A stretch of DNA of 64,000 bases from Candidatus Babeliales bacterium (GTDB lineage Bacteria; Babelota; Babeliae; Babelales; JANWKD01): contig OY969622.1 in the NCBI GenBank assembly GCA_963701665.1, positions 1,216,001-1,280,000 of the forward strand. The letters run 5' to 3'. The position numbers and the translations under genes are program-made. Each line of letters starts with the position of its first letter. Position 1 is the stretch's first letter. The notes under the pieces are model-generated. The model saw nothing but the letters and a program-made list of their open reading frames with translations. It made no database searches and was not told the DNA's origin. Shown here in pieces: positions 31,941 through 41,848 of this stretch.

Positions 31941-34505
31941 ATGAATACCGATATTTTTACTAACGCCAGTACCGAACTCTTACACCAAGCCGCACGCATA
32001 GCGCAACAGCATGAAAATCCAACATTAACGCCGCTCCACACGCTCGCGGCTGGCATTGAACAAGAATTTTGTCGCTCGGCATTGCAAGCGCTCAAAGTTC
32101 CAGTCCTTGACTTACAAAAACTCGTTGCACAAGAAATTGAACGTTTGCCTAAAGTTCGTGGCGCTCAACTGGCACTTGATCGTGATATGCAATCATTTTT
32201 CGCTGAACTTGAAAAAGAGATGCAAACATTGGGTGATACGTATATCAGCCTTGAACATTTTCTGCTGGTTTGGGCAACGACACCTTTGTTGCCTGAAAGC
32301 GTGAAAGAATTTTTTAAACGCACAAAATTTACTCATGCTGCTATACTTGCTCATATGAAGGAGTTACGCAAAGGACAAACCGTGAAAGAAAAAAACGCCG
32401 AATCGCAGTACCAAATTTTGGAAAAATATTGCCAAAATATAACAGCACAAGCTCGAGCGGGAAAACTTGATCCGGTGATTGGACGCCATGAAGAAATTCG
32501 GCGTGTCATTCAAATTCTTTCACGACGCACTAAAAATAATCCGGTCCTCGTTGGCGAACCGGGTGTCGGTAAAACTGCCATTGTTGAGGGAATTGCGCAA
32601 CGTATTGTTAATAATGATGTGCCAGAAAGTTTGCGCAACAAACAAATTTATGCACTCGACCTTGGTTTGTTAGTCGCGGGAACCAAATATCAAGGCGAAT
32701 TTGAAGAGCGCTTAAAAGGCATTTTAAAAGAAATAGAAAGCCATCCTGATGATATCATTTTATTCATTGATGAATTGCACACGATCATTGGTGCGGGTGC
32801 AGCAGGTGGTGGAACCCTCGATGCTTCTAATCTTTTAAAGCCGGCACTCGCACGCGGACAATTACATTGTGTCGGTGCAACCACGTTACAAGAATATAAA
32901 AAATATATTGAAAAAGATGCGGCACTCGAGCGCCGTTTTCAAAGAGTACTCGTTGAAGAACCCTCGATTGAAGATACCGTTTCAATTTTGCGCGGGTTAA
33001 AAGAACGGTATGAATTACATCACGGCATTCATATAAAAGACCAAGCACTCGTCGATGCAGCGTTGCTCGCGGCAAAATATATTCCCGATCGTTTTTTACC
33101 TGATAAAGCGATCGACTTGGTTGACGAGGCTGCTGCCATGGTAAAAATGTCGATTGATTCACAACCTGCTGAACTTGATCAACTTGAGCGCAAAATTAGA
33201 CAATTAGAGATTGAAAAAGTTGCATTGCAAAAAGAAAAAGGTGATGGCGTTTCAGCAACACGCCTTGAACAACTTGATAAGGAACTTGCTGAATTAAAAG
33301 AACGTAATCTCACGTTGCTCAATCAATGGAAAGCAGAAAAAGCCCCGCTTGAAAAAATTACGGCGATCAAAGAAAAAATTGAAGCAGCCCACGTTGCGTA
33401 TCAACAAGCTGAGCGTGAAGGCAATTTTGCCAAAGCATCAGAAATAAAATATGGGACCATGGTCAAACTGGAGCAAGAACTTACAAAAGAAGAAGAGAAG
33501 CTCAAAAATTTACCTACGCACATGATTAAACAATATGTTGATGAGCATGATATTGCAAAAGTTTTATCGCGTTGGACGGGCATTCCTGCTGAAAAATTAG
33601 AGGCCAAAGAAAAAGAAAAACTGCTGTCGATGGAATCTATTCTCCAAAAGCATGTCATTGGCCAAGAAGAAGCATTACGCGTCATTACGCACGCCATTCA
33701 GATGCATCGCACGGGATTAACAGATCCTCATCGGCCGATTGGTTCATTTTTATTTTTAGGCCCCACCGGCGTTGGTAAAACAGAAGTTGCTAAAGCACTC
33801 GCAGAATTTTTATTCAATGATCCTAAAAAGCTCATTCGCATCGATATGTCAGAATATATGGAAAAGCACGCAGTCGCTCGTTTGATTGGCGCGCCGCCCG
33901 GCTATATTGGCTATGAAGAAGGCGGTCAACTTACTGAGCAAGTGCGCCAACACCCTTATAGCATTGTATTATTTGATGAAATTGAAAAAGCACACCCGGA
34001 TGTTTTCAATATTTTCTTACAAATCCTTGATGAAGGCCACCTGACTGACAGTCAAGGCAGAACGGTGTCATTCAAAAATTGTGTCATCATTATGACGTCC
34101 AATATTGGGTCAGATATTATTTTACAAGCTGATGAGATCACCGCAACAATAAAAAAATCTGTCGAAACTTTGTTACAACAACGATTCAAGCCAGAATTTC
34201 TTAATCGCATTGATTCAATAGTATTCTTTAAACGGCTTACTGATGCTGATGTTGAAAAAATCGCACAGCTTCAAATACACGATCTTGAAAAACGGTTAGC
34301 AGAAAAAAATATTTCACTTGAAATCACTCAAGATGCGCTCAAAGAACTTGCCAATCAAGGATATACCAAAGAATATGGGGCACGTCCACTTAAGCGTACC
34401 ATTCAACGCAATGTGATTGTCCCTATTTCACAATATCTCCTTGCACATCCTGATGCAAAAAAAGTAAAAATTGTGTTACGCAAAGGCTCATTCGTTGTTG
34501 AATAA
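31941..34505 (+). CDS. clpB: ClpB disaggregase
   Basis: [16 protein letters not shown], middle coiled-coil domain, [25 protein letters not shown]. Confidence 0.96.
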   Translation: MNTDIFTNASTELLHQAARIAQQHENPTLTPLHTLAAGIEQEFCRSALQALKVPVLDLQKLVAQEIERLPKVRGAQLALDRDMQSFFAELEKEMQTLGDTYISLEHFLLVWATTPLLPESVKEFFKRTKFTHAAILAHMKELRKGQTVKEKNAESQYQILEKYCQNITAQARAGKLDPVIGRHEEIRRVIQILSRRTKNNPVLVGEPGVGKTAIVEGIAQRIVNNDVPESLRNKQIYALDLGLLVAGTKYQGEFEERLKGILKEIESHPDDIILFIDELHTIIGAGAAGGGTLDASNLLKPALARGQLHCVGATTLQEYKKYIEKDAALERRFQRVLVEEPSIEDTVSILRGLKERYELHHGIHIKDQALVDAALLAAKYIPDRFLPDKAIDLVDEAAAMVKMSIDSQPAELDQLERKIRQLEIEKVALQKEKGDGVSATRLEQLDKELAELKERNLTLLNQWKAEKAPLEKITAIKEKIEAAHVAYQQAEREGNFAKASEIKYGTMVKLEQELTKEEEKLKNLPTHMIKQYVDEHDIAKVLSRWTGIPAEKLEAKEKEKLLSMESILQKHVIGQEEALRVITHAIQMHRTGLTDPHRPIGSFLFLGPTGVGKTEVAKALAEFLFNDPKKLIRIDMSEYMEKHAVARLIGAPPGYIGYEEGGQLTEQVRQHPYSIVLFDEIEKAHPDVFNIFLQILDEGHLTDSQGRTVSFKNCVIIMTSNIGSDIILQADEITATIKKSVETLLQQRFKPEFLNRIDSIVFFKRLTDADVEKIAQLQIHDLEKRLAEKNISLEITQDALKELANQGYTKEYGARPLKRTIQRNVIVPISQYLLAHPDAKKVKIVLRKGSFVVE

Positions 34506-34579
34506 CAAAAAATCTAGTAAAAAACCATAAAAACGTTACGCTAAAGGGCAGAATTTAATTTTTTAATAGGAGCTCGATC

Positions 34580-35626
34580 ATGAATCGTATGCATCAAAAA
34601 TTGTTTTTACTCGGTATAATTAGTTTTTCATCCATCGCACACCTCAATGCAGGCACTTGTGGTGATTTTTTAGACGGTTTAATTGGTGCTATCCTTATTG
34701 CAGGGCGAGAACAGGAACGGGCCGAAAGAAAAGAGCTTGAAAGGTTAAAACAACAACAGGAAGATGACCGCAGACGCTTAGAACAGCTTCAAAAAAATCC
34801 TGCAAATACTATAAATCCCAAAGAAAAAATGAAATTGGATTTACATGCTTCATTGGACAACAGATTAAAACAAGTCACTGATATTGATCAACAATCTGAC
34901 ACTGATAAATTAGCGCTATGGAAAAAAAAGCAGGAGATCGTTGAGAATGCCATGAAGCAAGGATTTTCTTCATTCCATTTTGCAGAAAAATATGCCTTGG
35001 ACTCTCTGCCTGGAGGTATTCTAGAAGTTTTAAGAACAAAAGCTAAAACTTTAGCCGAAAAGAAACAATCGAATAATGATTTTTTGAAGCTCATTGATAA
35101 AACAGTAACAGAGGCAGTGGCCGGAACTCTTTCCAATGGAGGATCAGTTGGTGGTCTATTCAAACAACTAGAAAATAACATTGAATCGTCTCGTGCTCAC
35201 TACTTCAATCAGCGCCCTCAATCACAACCGGCACAAAGACCTGCTGCGACATTCACACCTGCGCCACAACCACAAACACCGTCACTGTATCCTGATATTG
35301 GACAAGTGCAAGCTGAGCTTGATCCAAACAACGTTCAAGAAATTTTTCCACGAAATGATACGTCAAAAAATCTTGAAGAATTTAAGAATAAAACTCGCGA
35401 TAAGAAAATTTATCCCCTCGACAACTGTGCCTACTCATGTTTCGAAAAGTTTTCCGATTTAAAAAAACGAGTGACATTGCGCTGTGGCCATCAAATGTGC
35501 CCGCAATGTCTTTATAACTGGATTTTCACTAAAAACCGACAAAAACAAACTCCGACATGTCCAGAGTGTCGACACCCAATAGAAGAAAAAGATTTTAACG
35601 CAGATTATGTAAGCTCAAAATTGTAA
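34580..35626 (+). CDS. Secreted protein with C-terminal RING (C3HC4-like) finger, candidate E3 ubiquitin ligase
   Basis: CAYSC..LRCGHQMCPQCLYNW..CPECRHPI; signal peptide. Confidence 0.8.
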   Translation: MNRMHQKLFLLGIISFSSIAHLNAGTCGDFLDGLIGAILIAGREQERAERKELERLKQQQEDDRRRLEQLQKNPANTINPKEKMKLDLHASLDNRLKQVTDIDQQSDTDKLALWKKKQEIVENAMKQGFSSFHFAEKYALDSLPGGILEVLRTKAKTLAEKKQSNNDFLKLIDKTVTEAVAGTLSNGGSVGGLFKQLENNIESSRAHYFNQRPQSQPAQRPAATFTPAPQPQTPSLYPDIGQVQAELDPNNVQEIFPRNDTSKNLEEFKNKTRDKKIYPLDNCAYSCFEKFSDLKKRVTLRCGHQMCPQCLYNWIFTKNRQKQTPTCPECRHPIEEKDFNADYVSSKL

Positions 35627-35680
35627 ATTTTTTATATGTGGCCTGTTGAAAAACAGGCCATCATAGTCTTTTTGAAAAAA

Positions 35681-36355
35681 ATGCGCCTTTTTAAACAACA
35701 AGCCTATTCAGGATTGATAATTTTTTTTCTCGTCTTTACATCGTTCAGTATGGAGTATTGTGAAGATGTGCATTCACTTAAAGCTCTTTATTACGCTAAC
35801 TGCTATGAACCTATCAAAGATTCTCCTAGCAAGATAGATGTAACAAAAATGTTTTCTAAAGATGTAACCACAATAACCGATGATGAATCCTATATCGAGG
35901 CCTATGAACTTTATTGGCGGATCAATGAATCAATAGAGGATAAAATCGGGCGCAATATTTTTATGTCATTTGTTTTTTCTCACTTTAGTAATTGTTTACA
36001 GTTTCCCATTTGCCCTCAACATCCAAGCTGTAAGTTGCGCAAATACTGTTCTCTTTTTACCCATATAAAAAAAAAACATTGTAAAGAGGTACATGGCAAA
36101 AAAGTCTTTCCTTGTTTTTTTTATGGCGAATGCGATGTTACGCGCGAAACGCCTTCGGCATTAGCACATCACCTTCAGCATGACCATGATGCGTTCAAAA
36201 TTTGTTGCGACTATGTATGGGAAAATGACGATTATGAAAAACATGCAAACGAGTGCTCTAAAGGACCTCTCCGACCGAGAATCCTTTCATCATCGACAAA
36301 TTTGAAAAAATCTGTATCATTGAAAGTGAAATGTCTTACTATGGAGGATTCATAA
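35681..36355 (+). CDS. Secreted C2H2-like zinc-finger protein
   Basis: CPQHPSC..LFTHIKKKH and FPCFFYGEC..ALAHHLQHDH; hydrophobic signal then SME. Confidence 0.65.
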   Translation: MRLFKQQAYSGLIIFFLVFTSFSMEYCEDVHSLKALYYANCYEPIKDSPSKIDVTKMFSKDVTTITDDESYIEAYELYWRINESIEDKIGRNIFMSFVFSHFSNCLQFPICPQHPSCKLRKYCSLFTHIKKKHCKEVHGKKVFPCFFYGECDVTRETPSALAHHLQHDHDAFKICCDYVWENDDYEKHANECSKGPLRPRILSSSTNLKKSVSLKVKCLTMEDS

Positions 36356-36942
36356 TGACACATTCTTTCAAGAAATACCTTTTCTTAAGTCTTATTTGTA
36401 TTTTTTCTTACACACACCTGCATTCTGCGTGGTGGTTTTATTCTTCTCATGAGTTAACACAACCATATCTTCCCTCGATTACAACTGCACTCGACAGAGA
36501 ATTTGACCGTATTTTAGTACCTTCTGAGCAGACAAAACTACTTGGTAAAGCTATCAAGAAACTCAAAGAAGAAAGAATACCTCAGATTTTACAAGAAGCA
36601 GAACATGAACACGCGTCTCAGGCATTCATACATACCGCTCAATTATTTCAATATTCTTTTGGCTTAGTTCGTGCTGCATGCCTTGATTTCTTTGCGCAAA
36701 TTGTCCATGATCGCTGCACAGAATCAATGTTCAAAAACCCGCCCTGCAGCCCTGATTTTATGTCACCGGAAAGCATAAGGGAAGGTGTTGTAAGCTATCT
36801 TTATGATAAAGCAGTTACAACTCTAACAAGCTCAAAAAAAGCATCATTAAAAGAGCTGTTAGCAAACTTGGATGATGAAATTGCCTATGCCATTCGCCTA
36901 GCAATTCGTTTTGGATCACCACCGTTTTCGGCTCACTGGTAG
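36355..36942 (+). CDS. Hypothetical secreted protein
   Basis: GGAGG RBS, ATG overlaps upstream TAA, signal peptide. Confidence 0.7.
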   Translation: MTHSFKKYLFLSLICIFSYTHLHSAWWFYSSHELTQPYLPSITTALDREFDRILVPSEQTKLLGKAIKKLKEERIPQILQEAEHEHASQAFIHTAQLFQYSFGLVRAACLDFFAQIVHDRCTESMFKNPPCSPDFMSPESIREGVVSYLYDKAVTTLTSSKKASLKELLANLDDEIAYAIRLAIRFGSPPFSAHW

Positions 36943-36945
36943 CTA

Positions 36946-37511
36946 TTAAACAACACACGGCTTAAAAGCCGTGGATTTAGAAGCACGAGATGAAAGCTTT
37001 TTATTGATTTCTAACATAATTGAGAATTGTCTCTTCCGAACAATGTCCAAATGTTTCGGAGAAATATCCATCCGCCCAAAAATCATTACCCCACAAAAAT
37101 TTCTTTATTTCAGGCAATTCAGTTCTAAGCATTTTACTTGAAATGCCTTTGAGTAGTTGAACGGCCTTGCTCACACTTATACTTGGTGGTAACTGTATTA
37201 CAAGATGTACATGGTCTATCTGAATATTTAATTCCTGAATTTCCCATGCATTAATTTCTGCACATTCTCGCAAGAGTTCTCCTAACCTACTCTTAACGTT
37301 TCCTTCTAATACTTTTTTTCTATATTTCGGTAACCAAACTATATGATACATGTGCCTATGTGTTGTATGCGCTCCGTGCCAATATTTCTTTGCCATACCA
37401 TTAGTATGACAAAACGAACCTCGCTTCGCAAAAATTTACATTTTTGCTTTACTCGCGCATTTGATGACATTCATCCCCAGGTTTAAAACCCTGGGGTTTT
37501 CTGTCATGGAA
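36946..37511 (-). mobile_element. IS200/IS605-family (IS200 group, tnpA only) element, copy 1 of 3
   Basis: 566-bp unit with subterminal hairpins CCCCAGG..CCTGGGG (left end) and CACGGCTT..AAGCCGTG (right end). Confidence 0.9.
37001..37396 (-). CDS. tnpA: IS200 Y1 HUH transposase
   Basis: YHIVWLPKYRKKVL, HVH HUH motif, LKGISS, FWADGYF, catalytic Y in YVRNQ. Confidence 0.95.
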   Translation of the reverse strand: MAKKYWHGAHTTHRHMYHIVWLPKYRKKVLEGNVKSRLGELLRECAEINAWEIQELNIQIDHVHLVIQLPPSISVSKAVQLLKGISSKMLRTELPEIKKFLWGNDFWADGYFSETFGHCSEETILNYVRNQ

Positions 37512-38077
37512 TTAAACAACACACGGCTTAAAAGCCGTGGATTTAGAAGCACGAGATGAAAGCTTTTTATTGATTTCTAACATAATTGAGAATTGTCTCT
37601 TCCGAACAATGTCCAAATGTTTCGGAGAAATATCCATCCGCCCAAAAATCATTACCCCACAAAAATTTCTTTATTTCAGGCAATTCAGTTCTAAGCATTT
37701 TACTTGAAATGCCTTTGAGTAGTTGAACGGCCTTGCTCACACTTATACTTGGTGGTAACTGTATTACAAGATGTACATGGTCTATCTGAATATTTAATTC
37801 CTGAATTTCCCATGCATTAATTTCTGCACATTCTCGCAAGAGTTCTCCTAACCTACTCTTAACGTTTCCTTCTAATACTTTTTTTCTATATTTCGGTAAC
37901 CAAACTATATGATACATGTGCCTATGTGTTGTATGCGCTCCGTGCCAATATTTCTTTGCCATACCATTAGTATGACAAAACGAACCTCGCTTCGCAAAAA
38001 TTTACATTTTTGCTTTACTCGCGCATTTGATGACATTCATCCCCAGGTTTAAAACCCTGGGGTTTTCTGTCATGGAA
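37512..38077 (-). mobile_element. IS200-group element, copy 2
   Basis: Identical 566-bp unit abutting copy 1. Confidence 0.9.
37567..37962 (-). CDS. tnpA: IS200 Y1 HUH transposase
   Basis: Identical protein to copy 1. Confidence 0.95.
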   Translation of the reverse strand: MAKKYWHGAHTTHRHMYHIVWLPKYRKKVLEGNVKSRLGELLRECAEINAWEIQELNIQIDHVHLVIQLPPSISVSKAVQLLKGISSKMLRTELPEIKKFLWGNDFWADGYFSETFGHCSEETILNYVRNQ

Positions 38078-38643
38078 TTAAACAACACACGGCTTAAAAG
38101 CCGTGGATTTAGAAGCACGAGATGAAAGCTTTTTATTGATTTCTAACATAATTGAGAATTGTCTCTTCCGAACAATGTCCAAATGTTTCGGAGAAATATC
38201 CATCCGCCCAAAAATCATTACCCCACAAAAATTTCTTTATTTCAGGCAATTCAGTTCTAAGCATTTTACTTGAAATGCCTTTGAGTAGTTGAACGGCCTT
38301 GCTCACACTTATACTTGGTGGTAACTGTATTACAAGATGTACATGGTCTATCTGAATATTTAATTCCTGAATTTCCCATGCATTAATTTCTGCACATTCT
38401 CGCAAGAGTTCTCCTAACCTACTCTTAACGTTTCCTTCTAATACTTTTTTTCTATATTTCGGTAACCAAACTATATGATACATGTGCCTATGTGTTGTAT
38501 GCGCTCCGTGCCAATATTTCTTTGCCATACCATTAGTATGACAAAACGAACCTCGCTTCGCAAAAATTTACATTTTTGCTTTACTCGCGCATTTGATGAC
38601 ATTCATCCCCAGGTTTAAAACCCTGGGGTTTTCTGTCATGGAA
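38078..38643 (-). mobile_element. IS200-group element, copy 3
   Basis: Identical 566-bp unit; preceded on minus strand by TTTAT target-like sequence. Confidence 0.9.
38133..38528 (-). CDS. tnpA: IS200 Y1 HUH transposase
   Basis: Identical protein to copy 1. Confidence 0.95.
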   Translation of the reverse strand: MAKKYWHGAHTTHRHMYHIVWLPKYRKKVLEGNVKSRLGELLRECAEINAWEIQELNIQIDHVHLVIQLPPSISVSKAVQLLKGISSKMLRTELPEIKKFLWGNDFWADGYFSETFGHCSEETILNYVRNQ

Positions 38644-38650
38644 ATAAAAT

Positions 38651-38683
38651 AAAAATGCGGAGCCTTAAAAACTCCGCATTTTT
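38651..38683. terminator. Bidirectional intrinsic terminator
   Basis: AAAAATGCGGAG-loop-CTCCGCATTTTT. Confidence 0.8.
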
Positions 38684-38710
38684 GACAAATATTCAATAAA
38701 TAACTATATT
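38682..38710 (+). promoter_or_regulatory. Sigma70 promoter for EamA gene
   Basis: TTGACA-N17-TATATT. Confidence 0.6.
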
Positions 38711-38742
38711 AGCGTAATGGACATCCTAAAAAGAAGAGAACA

Positions 38743-39654
38743 ATGTATTTATTGGTTATTTTATATGCACTCTTGGCCGGCACTTTTTCTCTCGGAAAAG
38801 TTTTATTAAGCTATACACAGCCAATTTTTTTGGTAGGCACGCGCATGACCTTGGCGGGTGGCATCTTGCTGCTCTATCACGCGTTCAATTCTACATCACG
38901 CGTGCGTTTGCAAAAAGATCATATATGGTTCTTTGTACAATCAACCTTATTTACTATTTATATTCCCTATATTTTCCGCTATTGGGGCCTTGTGTATCTT
39001 TCTTCAAGCAAAGCGTGCCTTCTTTATAATTTTGGGCCTTTTATCTCATACACACTATCATATCTTTTATGTGGCGAAAAAATTACGCTAAAAAAATGTC
39101 TTGGACTCGTCATAGGTTTTTGTGGGCTGTTACCTATTATTGGCAAATCATCCCAAGCAACATTGGCTCATGTGCCCTTTTTGTTGCCGGAATGTGCACT
39201 TCTCATTTCTGTAAGCTCTATGAGTTATGGCTGGCTAATTATTCATCGCATGATCAATCAGCATGGCTATGCACCAAGTTTTGTAAATGGCATCAGCATG
39301 TTTTTTGGCGGCTTGTTAGCATTTTTAACGGCACTCGTAATAGAACCGCCTGAAGCATTTATCACTGATCTCGTACCATTTTTATGCTTGCTAAGCATCA
39401 TCGTTATAATAAGCAATTTAATCTGCCACAATCTTTATGGATATTTGCTCAAACGTTTTACGCCGACCATGATGTCATTTGCCGGCTCAATGTCACCATT
39501 ATTTGCCGCATTATACGGATGGTTTTTTATGGCAGAGCAATTAACGTTTGATTTTTTTATGGCGTTGATTACCGTATTTATTGGCTTATCGCTTTTTTAT
39601 CATGATGAATTAAGGCAAACGGATAAAGTAAAAAATACTCCCGCTACGCTTTAA
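38743..39654 (+). CDS. DMT/EamA family transporter
   Basis: About 10 TM helices, two EamA-like halves (RMTLAG; GEKITLKKCLGLVIGFCG). Confidence 0.88.
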   Translation: MYLLVILYALLAGTFSLGKVLLSYTQPIFLVGTRMTLAGGILLLYHAFNSTSRVRLQKDHIWFFVQSTLFTIYIPYIFRYWGLVYLSSSKACLLYNFGPFISYTLSYLLCGEKITLKKCLGLVIGFCGLLPIIGKSSQATLAHVPFLLPECALLISVSSMSYGWLIIHRMINQHGYAPSFVNGISMFFGGLLAFLTALVIEPPEAFITDLVPFLCLLSIIVIISNLICHNLYGYLLKRFTPTMMSFAGSMSPLFAALYGWFFMAEQLTFDFFMALITVFIGLSLFYHDELRQTDKVKNTPATL

Positions 39655-41846
39655 CCATCCCAACCCCCACCAGATCCATCACCTGTTGAACTTCCACTTG
39701 AGGAACTTTGTGATGAGAGTTCATCAAAAAGTCGTTGCCGATATTGGGCGATTGTTTGCGTTGTTTCCATAACTAATGATATTTTTTTCTTTGCATTTTC
39801 ACGAGCAGTATCAACTGCGGCTTTAATGGTGGGATCCATTATTCTCGAATCATTTCTTGTTTGCATTGTTTGCGCATAGTCTCGCGAAACTTGGTCAAGA
39901 GGATGTACAACACCATCTTGATCTGGCACCCATAAAGCACTTTTAAATACTGCTATTCGATTTTCTAACAGCGCCTTTTTGTTAGTTACATCGATCAAAA
40001 TTTTCGCTAGCCCATCTTTTACTTCAGATGTTGGCGCACTTTCAAAGCTATGCACTGTTTTGCCATATGATTCGATAGATGCTTGAATAGTATCAAGCAT
40101 ATTCATGATTCGCTTCATTTGTTTCATTGCATCTCGAGATGGCGCTGTTGATGGATCATTAATAATTGCTAGAAAGTCACTCAGTTGTTTTTGGAAGTTT
40201 TTATAACTGCTTATAAATTCGTTCGGCGCCAGAATCTGGCCCGCTCTTTTATCAGAGAAAAGCGTAGCTTGTACATCTTGAATCTTGGTAGAAAGAGCAT
40301 CTAATTTTGCTTTTTGGGTGGCAACATTTTTATTGTCATTTACTATTTTTTCCCCTATAGTGCGCGGTTCTTTAAGCTCACGGTTGGTAATTATTTTAAA
40401 TTCATATGCTCCTTCTATAGGCTCCCATTTTTCAAGACCATCACGCACTTTTTTATAAAAATCATTTAAAAAACTTAGTTCAGCTGCAATCTTTGCTGTG
40501 CGTGGCGTTATTTTTTCTAGTTTTTCATAACGATCACCTACTGACTCAGCAATATCGTACAGAGCATTACTGACTTTTTGTGCGAACGAAAACATTTCAT
40601 CATCCGAAAGATTCTTAGAATTAACTAGTTCTTGCGGGTCAAAAGCATCAAATTTTGTAATATAATCATTGAATTGTTTATAATCAGGAAAATTCGAAAG
40701 AACACCCGCAAAGTTCGTTTTAAGTGTCGCCATGAGCGAATCAGCAACGTTACCAAATTTGGAAAACTCTTTTGCTGTCAAAAAGTCTTTTACATACGTA
40801 GTTTCATCTAATCCCACTTGTTTTGTTTCTGCCTCACTTCTCACAAATGGGCTCACATTAAAACCAAGCAACGTATCATTCATAAGTGTAACAATTTTAT
40901 TGATTGCCGCCTCACTATTAATGATAGGGGTAGTACTCGACAATCCTTTTAAATGTTCCTGCAATACTTCTAGATCAAAAGCACTCTTTACCAAAATATT
41001 TTCTAAGGCTTTTTTTTGAAGGTCAGTTTTTTCTTTTTTGGCTGCAGTATCACCACTCGCAATTTTTTTATTAAGTTGATCAAGTGATGTGATATAATTA
41101 TTTAGTTCGCTTACACTTTGTTGCACTTTATATAAATCTCGTTGCACCATCGAAGATTTTATAAGATAATCGCCCCAATTTTGTAAATTATTAATTTGCT
41201 TATCAATATCCCCAAGCGCATCATAAATATCATTTAAACGAGTGCGTGCTTCAATAACTTTGCGAGGATTAGCAAACAAAGGAAGCTCATTTATTTTTGC
41301 TTTAAATTCATTAAAAAATGCTTCTAATTTTTTTGAAAATCGCGATGAAACTGTCTTATCGGAATCAAGTTGGGTCTTTAAGTCTGGGCTTAAGTCGAAT
41401 TTAACCGTTGGGCCCTCGGGGTTAACATCTATTGGGGTACCACTTTGCGAAAGTTCGCGTTCCAGTTTAACAATTTTTTCTTTGAGCGCTGTTACTTCTG
41501 CTTCAGTTTGCCCTTCCTTTCTATTGAATGTCTCAGTTTCCCTAGGAAAATCTTTGCCAAAATCAACACTAAATTTGCGCAAATCATTTACTTGCGCATC
41601 AAGAAGCTCTTTTAATTTCTTCCCTTCTTTCACAACTTCTGTATCACGTTCGGTTTTATCAAGCTTTCTATCAGCTTCAATTTCTTCGATTTTTTGTCTC
41701 TCTGCCTTAATTTTAGTATCACGATTCTCGATTTTTGTACGCGCTTCACGCATATCTATCTCTTTACCAGGGCCTTCCATGCACCAAACATGCACAACAG
41801 GAAGTACGCATAACCCTAAAAAAATACTTACGCTTGCGAATTTCAT
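39651..41846 (-). CDS. Hypothetical secreted coiled-coil protein
   Basis: 731 aa, signal peptide then CME, Ser/Gly C-tail. Confidence 0.8.
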   Translation of the reverse strand: MKFASVSIFLGLCVLPVVHVWCMEGPGKEIDMREARTKIENRDTKIKAERQKIEEIEADRKLDKTERDTEVVKEGKKLKELLDAQVNDLRKFSVDFGKDFPRETETFNRKEGQTEAEVTALKEKIVKLERELSQSGTPIDVNPEGPTVKFDLSPDLKTQLDSDKTVSSRFSKKLEAFFNEFKAKINELPLFANPRKVIEARTRLNDIYDALGDIDKQINNLQNWGDYLIKSSMVQRDLYKVQQSVSELNNYITSLDQLNKKIASGDTAAKKEKTDLQKKALENILVKSAFDLEVLQEHLKGLSSTTPIINSEAAINKIVTLMNDTLLGFNVSPFVRSEAETKQVGLDETTYVKDFLTAKEFSKFGNVADSLMATLKTNFAGVLSNFPDYKQFNDYITKFDAFDPQELVNSKNLSDDEMFSFAQKVSNALYDIAESVGDRYEKLEKITPRTAKIAAELSFLNDFYKKVRDGLEKWEPIEGAYEFKIITNRELKEPRTIGEKIVNDNKNVATQKAKLDALSTKIQDVQATLFSDKRAGQILAPNEFISSYKNFQKQLSDFLAIINDPSTAPSRDAMKQMKRIMNMLDTIQASIESYGKTVHSFESAPTSEVKDGLAKILIDVTNKKALLENRIAVFKSALWVPDQDGVVHPLDQVSRDYAQTMQTRNDSRIMDPTIKAAVDTARENAKKKISLVMETTQTIAQYRQRLFDELSSQSSSSGSSTGDGSGGGWDG

Positions 41847-41848
41847 TC

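Noticed and set aside
34580..36942. Possible distant paralogy between the RING protein N-domain and the 36355 protein
   Set aside because: Only scattered helical-pattern similarity by eye; cannot be supported without profile alignment.
36946..38643. Tandem repeat as CRISPR array or TnpB/IscB system
   Set aside because: Units are 566-bp identical IS200 elements with tnpA only; no spacers, cas, tnpB or iscB.
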